Origin: a virus
Taxonomy: Duplodnaviria > Caudoviricetes
DNA length: 38,448 nt
Strand: one strand, 5' to 3'
IMG/VR virus record: IMGVR_UViG_3300037313_000254
Span: 1-38,448 of that record
The notes under the pieces were generated by a model. The model saw only the letters and a program-made list of their open reading frames with translations, was not told where the DNA came from and searched no databases. The stretch's first letter is position 1, and every line of letters begins with the position of its first letter. A program made the translations under genes and the position numbers. Positions 15,012 to 23,069 of this stretch are shown here, piece by piece.

Positions 15012-15926
15012 TCATTCCCGATCCTCGGCCGAAACATCCGCCCAATCCGTCCCGACCTTCGCCGGGATCAGAACGTCCTCGATCTTGATGCCGCGCATAG
15101 ACAGTTTCGAAGCCAGCGAATATGCGGCGTTCTGCCCCGCATAGCTCGCGTCGTTGTCACCGAATATCAGAACCTGCTCGACCCCGGCCGGCGCTTCCCA
15201 TTGCTGCATCCCGTTCGCCGAAATAGCAGCCCATACAGGAAGGTCAAACATAGAAGACGCAGCAAGTGCCGTCTCGATGCCTTCGGCAATACCAATGCGA
15301 GCAGCAACAGGAGACAGACGCACAGCGCCCGTTTTGATAGGCCCAGCCATGACTTTCTTCGCATCTTCGATCGGTGCCTTCCCGCCCTTTCCGTCCAGCC
15401 ATGTGCGATGAAGATTTGTTGGCGTGCCGTCGGGCATCGTCACGAGCGCCAGCATTGCCGGGAACGAATGTTCCTTGTCGTAGAAGAGATTCGGGTGAAG
15501 CCTGAGCGACTTCGGCACCGACTTGATGCCAGAGCGTTTGACCAGGTATTCCCAAACCTTGTCGCCACGAATAACGGGCGTCGCTTCCTTCCACACGCGG
15601 CGAATAGCCTGGCGCTTCTTCTCGTCCGGGAACTCGTGCTTTTCATCAACGTTTGAAAGGCCAAGCACACGCTCTACTTCGCGTGCGGCCTGCGGGAACT
15701 TCCATCCATTCAGTTTCAGGATCAGGCCGAAGCCGTCGCCAGAACCGCAATGGCTGCAAAACCATGAACCACGACCACCTTTGTTGTCCCACCTGTACCG
15801 GTCCTTGCCGCCGCAGATCGGACATGGGCCGTGCTTGTTTTCAAGGAAGTTTTCAGCGACGCCCAGCGACAGCAGGATCGAGCGCCAGCGCCCAACGCAC
15901 AGATCACCGATGGATTCACGCTGCAT
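15012..15926 (-). CDS. DNA primase (P4 alpha-type Zn ribbon + Toprim)
   Basis: HGPCPICGGKDRYR.D...G.WFCSHCG.GDG, IAEGIETAL and IFGDND...GQ motifs. Confidence 0.92.
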   Translation of the reverse strand: MQRESIGDLCVGRWRSILLSLGVAENFLENKHGPCPICGGKDRYRWDNKGGRGSWFCSHCGSGDGFGLILKLNGWKFPQAAREVERVLGLSNVDEKHEFPDEKKRQAIRRVWKEATPVIRGDKVWEYLVKRSGIKSVPKSLRLHPNLFYDKEHSFPAMLALVTMPDGTPTNLHRTWLDGKGGKAPIEDAKKVMAGPIKTGAVRLSPVAARIGIAEGIETALAASSMFDLPVWAAISANGMQQWEAPAGVEQVLIFGDNDASYAGQNAAYSLASKLSMRGIKIEDVLIPAKVGTDWADVSAEDRE

Positions 15927-17430
15927 GCTTCATACCCTTTGCGTAGGCGATATTGCGGGACTTGACGTAGTTCTTCGTTTCTTCGGACGGGTCGCATGCA
16001 TCTCGCTTCATTGCGTTAGGCCACACGCCGAACTTCTCACGAAACAGATTTGCAATACGGCCGTTCGAATAGCCTCGAATGCTCTGTAGCCCGAGCAGTT
16101 CGGAATAGAACTGCTGCTTCTCGGCTTGCGTCGCCTTCTTCTTCGCACCACGCTCCTGCCTGACGAGATGACCATCGGCCATTTCGACCGTGTTCTGTTT
16201 CTCCGGCGCGAAACCGCAAGACGGGCATTTGTGCGACGTCTTCATGTACGAACAGACCGCGCATGCCGACGGCAGCTTTTCTTTCTTCTTCGATTGGCTC
16301 GCCTTCTTCGGCTTGCCGTCGTCCAGTTCAAGCGGAAGATCGTCGGTCGGGAAGCCTAGGTGCTTGACCGTGCCAGAATGGTCGAGGATCAGCGCGCGCG
16401 TCTTGCCTTCCGACGGACGGAGAACGCGGCCCGCCATCTGCACGTAGCGGATCAGGCTTTTCGTCGGGCGCGCGAGGATCAGGGTCTGGCAAAAAGGCGC
16501 GTCCCAGCCTTCGGCGAGCAACGCGGAATTGCTGATGATGGTCGTCTGACCAGATTCGAAGCGCTTCAGCGTCTCTCGGCGCGCGTCCGTGTCGTCATAG
16601 CAGTCAATATGCTCGGCCGACACGCCAGCTGCCATGAACTGCTCCACGATGTGCTTGCTGTGGGCGATGTTCGATGCGAAAACAACCGTCGGCGTGCCCT
16701 TCGCCAGCTTGAACCAGTGAGTAACGATGTCACCGATCAGTTCCGGCTTATCCGTGGCCTCTCCGACGTCCATATCGGAGTAGTCCATCTCGCCGAAACG
16801 ATTCTTGACTTGCTTGAATCCGGTCATATCCGGCTCGCCCGGCGCGTAGATGTCGCAATCGACCAGAAATCCATCTTCGATCAGTTCGCGGATGCTCGAT
16901 GCAACCACCATGCGCTCGAACAGCGGGCCGCCGAGCTTGTCATAGACCTTCCCCAGACCTTTGGCGAACGGTGACGCGGAGAGACCGATTACGGGCTTTC
17001 CGGCGAACGTTTCGATGATGCCTCGGTAGTCCTTCGACCCAGCCACGCCGTGCGCTTCGTCGATGATGATGAAGTCGACATCCGGAATCCCGCGTTTGGC
17101 AATGGTCTGGATCGAGCAAACAAGCACGTTTTCGTATTCGCGACGGCTGTTCGAGCCTTGAATGACGCCGTGGTCAATGCCGTAGCGGCGGAACGTCTGC
17201 GATGCCTGCTCAACGAGCTGGATGCGGTTCGCGAGAAATGCCACGCGCTTTCCCTTCAGCCGGGCGCCCTTGACCAGACCAACGGAGAGTGCGGTTTTCC
17301 CGCAGCCCGTCGGGCCGTAGAGCATCTGGCGAAGATAGCCTTCTGTCAGCCCAGTGCGGAGCGCCTGAATCGCTGCGGCCTGGTACGGTCTCAGGTCAAG
17401 TTCCAAGGTGGTATAATTCGACATCTGCAT
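15916..17430 (-). CDS. SF2 (DEAH, RadD/YejH-like) helicase with C-terminal Zn finger
   Basis: LRPYQ, PTGCGKT, IIDEAH, LSASP, EGWD, QMAGRVLR and CAVC...CPSCG. Confidence 0.93.
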   Translation of the reverse strand: MQMSNYTTLELDLRPYQAAAIQALRTGLTEGYLRQMLYGPTGCGKTALSVGLVKGARLKGKRVAFLANRIQLVEQASQTFRRYGIDHGVIQGSNSRREYENVLVCSIQTIAKRGIPDVDFIIIDEAHGVAGSKDYRGIIETFAGKPVIGLSASPFAKGLGKVYDKLGGPLFERMVVASSIRELIEDGFLVDCDIYAPGEPDMTGFKQVKNRFGEMDYSDMDVGEATDKPELIGDIVTHWFKLAKGTPTVVFASNIAHSKHIVEQFMAAGVSAEHIDCYDDTDARRETLKRFESGQTTIISNSALLAEGWDAPFCQTLILARPTKSLIRYVQMAGRVLRPSEGKTRALILDHSGTVKHLGFPTDDLPLELDDGKPKKASQSKKKEKLPSACAVCSYMKTSHKCPSCGFAPEKQNTVEMADGHLVRQERGAKKKATQAEKQQFYSELLGLQSIRGYSNGRIANLFREKFGVWPNAMKRDACDPSEETKNYVKSRNIAYAKGMKHAA

Positions 17431-17471
17431 TGACTCCGTGAAAGTCTCTGTGGATCACCGCCCCGGACCAG

Positions 17472-17660
17472 TTAGCGCTGGTCGCGGGGTTTTCCTTTTC
17501 CAGCGACCGGCTTCTTCAGGCGGTCGTCAATCCACGCCATGAACGGGCGAAGATCCGCGACGTCCTCGACGTACCAGCGCTTGTTACCAGCCGACCAGCG
17601 AGCACCTAACCGCTTGGCCGTGTCTTTCTGAGAGAACGGCACGTTCAGCCAGACGATCAT
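17472..17660 (-). CDS. DUF5710-like protein
   Basis: WLNVPFSQKD.AK.LGARW....K.WYV; AGGAG SD. Confidence 0.8.
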   Translation of the reverse strand: MIVWLNVPFSQKDTAKRLGARWSAGNKRWYVEDVADLRPFMAWIDDRLKKPVAGKGKPRDQR

Positions 17661-17669
17661 TTGCTTCTC

Positions 17670-17975
17670 CTGGTAAGGAGGGGTTAAAAACGTGAAACAC
17701 TCCGCTCGGGCAAAAAGAACCACACCCGATGTGCGCCCGAAAAATTGCCTAAAAAATAGGCAAACTCGAAAGCGGTAGCGGCAGGTATATCCGGTCTAAG
17801 CAGACTGCCGCGCCTTTGTGCGGTGGCCATCCATCTGCTCCAAGGGGCTCACATTCAAGCTCCCCAAGTTCGACGCTGTTTATTGAGCCGGCGCTACACC
17901 GGTTCCTCAGGGCTGGGTTATGGCCCCCTGTCGGCTTTCTTCTATCCCGCGCTGCCTATTTGCGGTTAGTACAAC
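17670..17975 (-). other. About 310-bp hairpin-rich non-coding segment ahead of the replication genes (candidate origin or structured RNA)
   Basis: Inverted repeats TTGCCTA/TAGGCAA, TCGGGC/GCCCGA, GCGGCAG/CTGCCGC, CAGGG/CCCTG and CCGGTG/CGCCGG. No credible ORF. Confidence 0.45.
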
Positions 17976-17978
17976 TAC

Positions 17979-18182
17979 CTACTGCTTGTCCTGGTCTGTC
18001 CCGACTTGGCCCGTCTCGGCCAGTTTGTTAATGGCATAGATGACGCCGAAACAGGCTTGGCGCGTGCAATAGATGACAAAGTCAGTGGCGCTTATGCCCT
18101 GCTTCTTCGCACCGTCCTCGATCTGTTCAGCTTCTTCTGACTCGAACTCCACCGTGTACTGCTTTTTTTTGGTGTCACTCAT
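17979..18182 (-). CDS. Ribbon-helix-helix-like regulator 2
   Basis: YTVEF...E...IEDGAKKQGISATDFV pattern; ATG overlaps the upstream stop. Confidence 0.65.
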   Translation of the reverse strand: MSDTKKKQYTVEFESEEAEQIEDGAKKQGISATDFVIYCTRQACFGVIYAINKLAETGQVGTDQDKQ

Positions 18183-18394
18183 ACCCGTTCTCGTGGCCCA
18201 ACCCTTCCCATGTCGGCACTGACCGCTGCTCTCGGACGCGGAACAATGCCACACAACAGCATTCGGACTATGCGAGCGAGCGCAGCCGAATCGCTGTCGA
18301 TGTAGTTGAGTTGTTTGAAGTCCTGAAGGGCCTCGTAGACGTCGTCTTCGAGACGTGTTTTCACTTCGTTTCGGTATTCCGCACGCCGTGTCAT
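18179..18394 (-). CDS. Ribbon-helix-helix-like regulator 1 (CII position)
   Basis: EVKTRLEDDVYEALQ.......DSDSAALARIVRMLL; GGGGG SD. Confidence 0.65.
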   Translation of the reverse strand: MTRRAEYRNEVKTRLEDDVYEALQDFKQLNYIDSDSAALARIVRMLLCGIVPRPRAAVSADMGRVGPRERV

Positions 18395-18413
18395 GCGATT
18401 ACCCCCGTTGTTG

Positions 18414-18617
18414 TTATGCAGTTTCTGTTTGTATAGATGACGGCTGTTCGAGCCCTTCGAAAACGTCGGGGCGAGCAAGCCGCAGGAATTGAAGGCGGTA
18501 CTTCGGTATTCCGTCTGTGCGCCATTGGTGAACCGACGGCGGCCGGCACTCGCAGAGTTTTGCGACCGCCGATGTGCCGCCAAGACGATCAATGACTGTG
18601 CTGGCGAACTGGTTCAT
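18414..18617 (-). CDS. cro: Cro-like repressor
   Basis: IDRLGGTSAVAKLC....PSVHQWR..GIP; divergent from cI; AAGGA SD. Confidence 0.88.
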   Translation of the reverse strand: MNQFASTVIDRLGGTSAVAKLCECRPPSVHQWRTDGIPKYRLQFLRLARPDVFEGLEQPSSIQTETA

Positions 18618-18648
18618 GGATATGCGTCCTTTCGGTTGATTCCGTCTC

Positions 18649-18677
18649 ATTTTAGGCGCACCTATTTCGAAAAGCAA
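18649..18677 (-). promoter_or_regulatory. PR promoter
   Basis: TTGCTT-17 bp-TAAAAT on the minus strand, overlapped by operators. Confidence 0.75.
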
Positions 18678-18712
18678 GCCATACCTAACATGAAAAACAT
18701 TAGGCTCACCTA
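18653..18712. promoter_or_regulatory. OR operators, consensus TAGG-N3-ACCTA
   Basis: TAGGCGCACCTA (18653-18664), AAGCCATACCTA (18676-18687) and TAGGCTCACCTA (18701-18712), spaced 23-25 bp apart. Confidence 0.85.
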
Positions 18713-18713
18713 C

Positions 18714-19199
18714 ATGGAAACGTGGAACAAACGAATCGCCCGTCGGCGCGAAGAGTTGGGCATCTCGAAAGCTGAGTTCGCCCGGCGATGTGGCGTCTCG
18801 GCGCCGACCGTAAACGACTGGGAAAATGGCGACATCAAGGAACTGAGCGGTCCCAAGCTGCTGAAAGTATGCGAAGCACTTGATCTGGACCCATGGGAGG
18901 TAGTCGTCGGCAAACCGCGCGTCAATCCCCCGAAAAGAGAGGTAAACCAGCCTCTAAGCGACGAAGCCGAATTGTTAATTCAGTGTGTCATGCATCTGGA
19001 CGGCCTCGGCGCCACGGCCTCGCAAATGTTTGCGCTACATGCTTCCTTACTGAGGCTTGCAGAGCCAGCAATGGGGATGCAGGATGGTGAAGTGGTACGC
19101 GAACTGCATATTGAAGAGCAGAAATTGGCGTCCCACGTAGATCCACTGAGGACCCACAAACATGCGAAGCGAGATCACAAAATCAAAGGAAGTTATTGA
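18714..19199 (+). CDS. cI: CI-like XRE repressor lacking an S24 autopeptidase domain
   Basis: RIARRREELGISKAEFARRCGVSAPTVNDWENG HTH. No SD before ATG at 18714, so probably leaderless like lambda PRM. No SM.P/K catalytic dyad. Confidence 0.88.
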   Translation: METWNKRIARRREELGISKAEFARRCGVSAPTVNDWENGDIKELSGPKLLKVCEALDLDPWEVVVGKPRVNPPKREVNQPLSDEAELLIQCVMHLDGLGATASQMFALHASLLRLAEPAMGMQDGEVVRELHIEEQKLASHVDPLRTHKHAKRDHKIKGSY

Positions 19200-19347
19200 C
19201 CTGGCCGCTTACCGGTCCAGTAGAACAAGAGTCCCTATCCATATCAAAGAAGCTGGCCCGACGCCCAAAGACGCGGAGGAAGCCCTGAGCGAAGTCGCTC
19301 GTCATCTCCTGATGGCCGTCCGGGTCATCACGGCCCGAAAGAACTGA
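19162..19347 (+). CDS. Small protein co-transcribed with cI (61 aa)
   Basis: GAGGA SD; overlaps the end of cI; followed by a terminator. Confidence 0.65.
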   Translation: MRSEITKSKEVIDLAAYRSSRTRVPIHIKEAGPTPKDAEEALSEVARHLLMAVRVITARKN

Positions 19348-19366
19348 TCGAACCCTCACGAAATAC

Positions 19367-19391
19367 GAGCCCGCTGCGCGCGGGCTTTTTT
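19367..19391 (+). terminator. Rho-independent terminator of the cI operon
   Basis: AGCCCGC-TGCGC-GCGGGCT followed by TTTTT. Confidence 0.85.
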
Positions 19392-19404
19392 ATCGCCTAG
19401 GTAT

Positions 19405-19453
19405 TCGCCATACCTAAAAACTTCTTGACTGTAGACTTAGGTGCACCTAAGAT
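19405..19453 (+). promoter_or_regulatory. PL promoter with OL operators
   Basis: TTGACT (19425)-17 bp-TAAGAT (19448). Perfect palindrome TTAGGTGCACCTAA at 19437-19450 and TCGCCATACCTA at 19405-19416. Confidence 0.9.
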
Positions 19454-19493
19454 TATCTCAACACGTCGCCCAAGACGTACCGGAGATCACCAA

Positions 19494-19556
19494 ATGTCTA
19501 CGCCCTTCGTAATCCCACATAACCGCATGCTGCGCGATGCGACCTGGAGTATCTGA
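19494..19556 (+). pseudogene. 20-codon mini-ORF, probable orphaned N-terminus of the gene at 20036
   Basis: GGAG SD, first ORF after PL. MSTPFVIPHNRMLRDATWSI* aligns with MSTIPLVINKTMKYGEWIF. Confidence 0.6.
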
Positions 19557-19557
19557 G

Positions 19558-20034
19558 ATGCGCCAGATTCCTTTGTCGAAAGGGCGTGTCGCGCAGGTTG
19601 ACGATGAAGACTACGAGAGCTTGATTGGGTTCAACTGGTACTTCAACGACAACGGTCGAGGCTACGCAGTACGGGCGATTTACCAGCCAGCAACGAAGAC
19701 CAGCTACACGCAGAAGATGCACCGCCAGATCATGGGATTGGTTAGAGGCGATGGACTAGAAGTCGACCACATCGACGGCAACACCCTCAACAACAGCCGA
19801 TCGAATCTTCGAATTTGTACTCATGCCGAGAACATGCGGAACATTCGTCTCCGATCGGATAACAAGTCCGGACTGAAGGGCGCCTATCGGCATGGTAATA
19901 AGTGGGCGGCCTATATACGGCTGAACGGGAAAACCCGATTTCTTGGTTATTTCGGTACTGCTGAAGAGGCGCATACGGCATATCGGAAGGCGGCTGATGA
20001 ACTTCATGGCGAATTTGCCAATTACGGAGCATGA
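19558..20034 (+). CDS. Free-standing HNH-AP2 homing endonuclease
   Basis: IPLSKG..A.VDDEDY, MHRQIM......VDHIDGN.LNN.RSNLR.CT..EN, then SGLKG...W.A.I...LGYF.TAEEA..AY...A..LHGEFA. Confidence 0.93.
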   Translation: MRQIPLSKGRVAQVDDEDYESLIGFNWYFNDNGRGYAVRAIYQPATKTSYTQKMHRQIMGLVRGDGLEVDHIDGNTLNNSRSNLRICTHAENMRNIRLRSDNKSGLKGAYRHGNKWAAYIRLNGKTRFLGYFGTAEEAHTAYRKAADELHGEFANYGA

Positions 20035-20035
20035 C

Positions 20036-20335
20036 ATGAGCACTATTCCTTTGGTCATCAATAAGACCATGAAGTACGGCGAGTGGATTTTTGACCGCGA
20101 TCAGGAAGCGGCCGACGATGCTGCCGCTGCTGCATGGGACCGTCGCCGGAGCATCGAGCGCGCAGTGAGCTTTGCGGACGTCCTGGAGCAGATGGTCGAT
20201 TTCAGCGACGTTCAACAAGCCGAGTTCATGAAGGCGCTGGAGCGCGGCAATTCGCAGGACTTGCATCTCATCCATTGCTTGATCGACCAAAGCCGTGAAG
20301 CGATCGTCAAGCGCCGTCTTGCTGGGGGTGAATGA
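20036..20335 (+). CDS. Hypothetical early protein (99 aa)
   Basis: GGAG SD, ATG 1 nt after the HNH stop, coupled to the next gene. Confidence 0.75.
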   Translation: MSTIPLVINKTMKYGEWIFDRDQEAADDAAAAAWDRRRSIERAVSFADVLEQMVDFSDVQQAEFMKALERGNSQDLHLIHCLIDQSREAIVKRRLAGGE

Positions 20336-20673
20336 TGAGCGAGCAAAAATTTACTCCGGGTCCGTGGCACGTCTGCTTTACACGCATTGGCAAAGAGGTC
20401 ATCTACTGGCATGTCGCAGACTCAAAGAGCCGAACCTTGAACGCAATTGCATGCGCTGATGAAGGTCGAGGAAAGCAATTTCCATCGTCTCAATTGCAAG
20501 CTAACGCGCATCTAATATCCGCCGCTCCGGATCTGCTCGAAGCGCTGCAATCCCTAGAGAAGCGCTTCTACGCTTGTATTGAACTCGGACTCTCAGCGGG
20601 TGAGGCTTTCGACTCTTTCTACCAAGAGATCGTGAGAGAAGCTATTTCCAAAGCTCTCGGAGAGCAATCATGA
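20332..20673 (+). CDS. Conserved phage hypothetical protein
   Basis: FTPGPW...ANA.LI.AAPDLLEAL...AI.KALG motif. Confidence 0.8.
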   Translation: MMSEQKFTPGPWHVCFTRIGKEVIYWHVADSKSRTLNAIACADEGRGKQFPSSQLQANAHLISAAPDLLEALQSLEKRFYACIELGLSAGEAFDSFYQEIVREAISKALGEQS

Positions 20674-20813
20674 AGACCGGCTACGTCTCCACTTTCTTCG
20701 CGTTCCAGTACGCGATGCAAATCCTGGTCGAATACGTCTGCGCTGACGGTCACCGCATCAAGTGCCGTCAGGAGTCGATCGACTGGCAGGCCAAATGGAT
20801 GATCTGGTGTTAG
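20670..20813 (+). CDS. Hypothetical protein (47 aa)
   Basis: MKTGYVSTFFAFQYAMQILVEYVCADGHRIKC...; GGAG SD, ATGA overlap. Below the ORF-track cutoff. Confidence 0.55.
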   Translation: MKTGYVSTFFAFQYAMQILVEYVCADGHRIKCRQESIDWQAKWMIWC

Positions 20814-20822
20814 GAGCGCGAC

Positions 20823-21008
20823 ATGTACATGACCTCTGAGGAGCGCGAAGAAGCGCGCGAGCACGCGGACGACGACAGCCGATATGGATTTTGCAGCTAC
20901 TGCAACTGCGAGCAACCCGTTATTGAGCAGGATCAGGGGTTTGACCACGCGTTCGGCTTTTACTCTCTGCCTACCGAAGTTTGCGTCACGTGCGGCGAAA
21001 GGATCTGA
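20823..21008 (+). CDS. Small Zn-ribbon protein
   Basis: CSYC...CVTC; AGGAG SD. Confidence 0.7.
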   Translation: MYMTSEEREEAREHADDDSRYGFCSYCNCEQPVIEQDQGFDHAFGFYSLPTEVCVTCGERI

Positions 21009-21009
21009 C

Positions 21010-21102
21010 ATGTGGATCATCGTAATTCTCGTTCTATTCATCGGCTTCTGTGCATATGCGGTTGTGCGCGGAGGGACTACACGAAAGATGATCGGAGACT
21101 GA
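21010..21102 (+). CDS. 30-aa single-TM peptide
   Basis: MWIIVILVLFIGFCAYAVVRGGTTRKMIGD; AAGGA SD. Confidence 0.55.
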   Translation: MWIIVILVLFIGFCAYAVVRGGTTRKMIGD

Positions 21103-21103
21103 C

Positions 21104-21235
21104 ATGTGCCTGCTAGTCGAATACATGGAGTTCCGCTCCTGGTGCAGGCGCGAGGGTGTCGGCCATGTCAGTTACGCCGATTATCTGGACGTCCAATCTG
21201 GCGGTGCTTTTTGGGAAGGCTACTGGAGAGACTAA
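21104..21235 (+). CDS. Hypothetical protein (43 aa)
   Basis: MCLLVEYMEFRSWCRREG...; GGAG SD; TAATG-coupled to the next gene. Confidence 0.5.
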   Translation: MCLLVEYMEFRSWCRREGVGHVSYADYLDVQSGGAFWEGYWRD

Positions 21236-21372
21236 TGATGCCGACCCTCTACAGACGCCGTCAGTGGCGCGACAAGAACGAACCAAGCTGGCAGGACATC
21301 GCTCTTGCCTACACAGCTGGATTCTGGACATGCGCTATCTGCGCGCTGGTTATTGTGACTCTCTGGAGATAG
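21235..21372 (+). CDS. 45-aa peptide with C-terminal TM helix
   Basis: MMPTLYRRRQWRDKNEPSWQDIALAYTAGFWTCAICALVIVTLWR; GGAG SD. Confidence 0.55.
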   Translation: MMPTLYRRRQWRDKNEPSWQDIALAYTAGFWTCAICALVIVTLWR

Positions 21373-21374
21373 TC

Positions 21375-21560
21375 ATGCACAAGATGTACGACGCCCACGA
21401 AACCGCCCGAAAGGCCGCGCTGCGCGAGATGTACGAATGGGTCGATTCCCACGAAGAGCGCCTTGAGCGCGCCAAGGAAAGGCTTGGTGATCGGTATCTG
21501 CTCTCGCCGAACTACAACGGCCACTACGTGCCGGAACTGACGAAGAAGGTGACGTCGTGA
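21375..21560 (+). CDS. Hypothetical protein (61 aa)
   Basis: MHKMYDAHE...; GGAG SD; GTGA-coupled to the next gene. Confidence 0.65.
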   Translation: MHKMYDAHETARKAALREMYEWVDSHEERLERAKERLGDRYLLSPNYNGHYVPELTKKVTS

Positions 21561-21790
21561 GCGATATCAAGAGAGATTTCCCGGCTTTCCCCACGAACCC
21601 GAATTGGTTCGATCCAAAAACTGTTGCAGAGAGCGAGCGCTTGGCAGGCGGCATGTTGCTGCGTGACTACTTCGCAGCCCGTTTGATGGTTGCTGTTTGG
21701 AATGAACATCAGCCGCTGAACGACTTCGATTGCGCACGACGAGCGTATGAGATGGCCGACGCAATGCTTCGCGCGCGAGGTGCGGAATGA
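21557..21790 (+). CDS. Conserved phage hypothetical protein
   Basis: PAFP...GM.LRDYFAA...AYEMADAMLRAR motif. Confidence 0.85.
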   Translation: MSDIKRDFPAFPTNPNWFDPKTVAESERLAGGMLLRDYFAARLMVAVWNEHQPLNDFDCARRAYEMADAMLRARGAE

Positions 21791-21924
21791 AAACCCTCCG
21801 CGCTTTAGCTGAATGGATCGGAATGATTCTGCTTATCACGATCGGCCTCGCACTCACAGCCTATTTTCTGGCTCCCGTGGATGCGGCTATGAGGCCGCAG
21901 CAGATTTTCAGGACAACAACGTGA
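21787..21924 (+). CDS. 45-aa single-TM peptide
   Basis: MKTLRALAEWIGMILLITIGLALTAYFLAPVDAA...; GAGG SD, ATGA overlap. Confidence 0.55.
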   Translation: MKTLRALAEWIGMILLITIGLALTAYFLAPVDAAMRPQQIFRTTT

Positions 21925-21974
21925 ATGCCGCAGAACACGCTGCGGACACGCTTCTAGCTTACGAGGAAATGAAA

Positions 21975-23069
21975 ATGGGAATGCTCAAGCCCGCGACAAA
22001 CAAGCACGCCTTTGCCAAAGTCGGAATTTATGGCCCTGCCGGATCGGGGAAGACGCGCACTGCCGCCGAAATCGCTGTCGGGCTGCATAAGTTCGCCAAG
22101 TGCGACAAGCCTGTCGGTATGTTTGATACGGAGCCCGCAGCTTCGTACATCAAACCCCTTTTCGACGCCGCTGGTATCGAATTCCTCGTCTATGACGAAA
22201 GCCGCGCCCTGAAGGATCTGATGTCCTTCATGGACGAAGCCGAGAAGGAATGCTCGATCGTCATCGTCGACTCGATTACGCACGTCTGGCGCGACGCGCA
22301 GGATTCCTACCTTGCCAAGATCAATGAAGGTCTGGCACGAAAAGGACGCCGGCCGATCTACGCGCTGGAGTTCCACCACTGGAGGCCGATCAAGGCAGCT
22401 TGGGCGGAATTCACCGATCGTTTCCTGTCGTCGAAACTGCACATGGTCATCTGCGGACGAGCTGGTGCCGTCTACACGTACCAGGAGAACGCCGAGACCG
22501 GCAAGAAGGAACTGGTTACGGATGGCTCACGCATGGCTACAGAGAAGGAATTGGGCTACGAGCCGAGCCTTCTGGTCGAGATGCAGCGCAAACGCGAGGA
22601 TGGAAAGACGATCAATCGCGCCCTGATCGAGAAGGACCGTTCGGACCGCATCAACGGACATGAACTGGACTTCCCGAATTTCGAATCCTTCAAGCCGCAC
22701 TTCGAGTTTCTGAACATCGGCGGTCAGCATTTCGGCAGCATGGATCAGCGCGACAGCAAGGACCTGTACACGGAAGACGGTTCCGATTCATGGACGTTCG
22801 AGCAACGCCAACGGACCATCTACAGCGAGGAAATCGCCGAGCTGCTGAAGAAGCACTTTCCTTCCCAGTCGGCAGACGACAAGCAGAAACGCGCCGAGTG
22901 GCTCGAAAAGATCTTCAACACTCGTAGTTGGACGAAGGTCGAGAACACGCAGAGTGACGCATTGAAAGAAGGTTTGGCGCAACTCCGGTTCAGTCTGGAG
23001 CCGCCGCAGGCAGCGCAGGAACTCGAAGACGCCCCTGCTTTCGACAACCCACCCGCTGAGGCAGCATGA
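21975..23069 (+). CDS. AAA_24 / Sak4-like P-loop ATPase (probable single-strand annealing recombinase)
   Basis: KVGIYGPAGSGKT Walker A, FDTE, IVIVDSITH Walker B, KDR motif. GAGGA SD; alternative ATG at 21969. Confidence 0.8.
   Translation: MGMLKPATNKHAFAKVGIYGPAGSGKTRTAAEIAVGLHKFAKCDKPVGMFDTEPAASYIKPLFDAAGIEFLVYDESRALKDLMSFMDEAEKECSIVIVDSITHVWRDAQDSYLAKINEGLARKGRRPIYALEFHHWRPIKAAWAEFTDRFLSSKLHMVICGRAGAVYTYQENAETGKKELVTDGSRMATEKELGYEPSLLVEMQRKREDGKTINRALIEKDRSDRINGHELDFPNFESFKPHFEFLNIGGQHFGSMDQRDSKDLYTEDGSDSWTFEQRQRTIYSEEIAELLKKHFPSQSADDKQKRAEWLEKIFNTRSWTKVENTQSDALKEGLAQLRFSLEPPQAAQELEDAPAFDNPPAEAA

Noticed and set aside
17881-17952. tRNA-fMet gene
   Set aside because: CAT loop with three G-C pairs is present, but there is no acceptor stem, no TTC in the T-loop and no CCA. 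At most a remnant or mimic.
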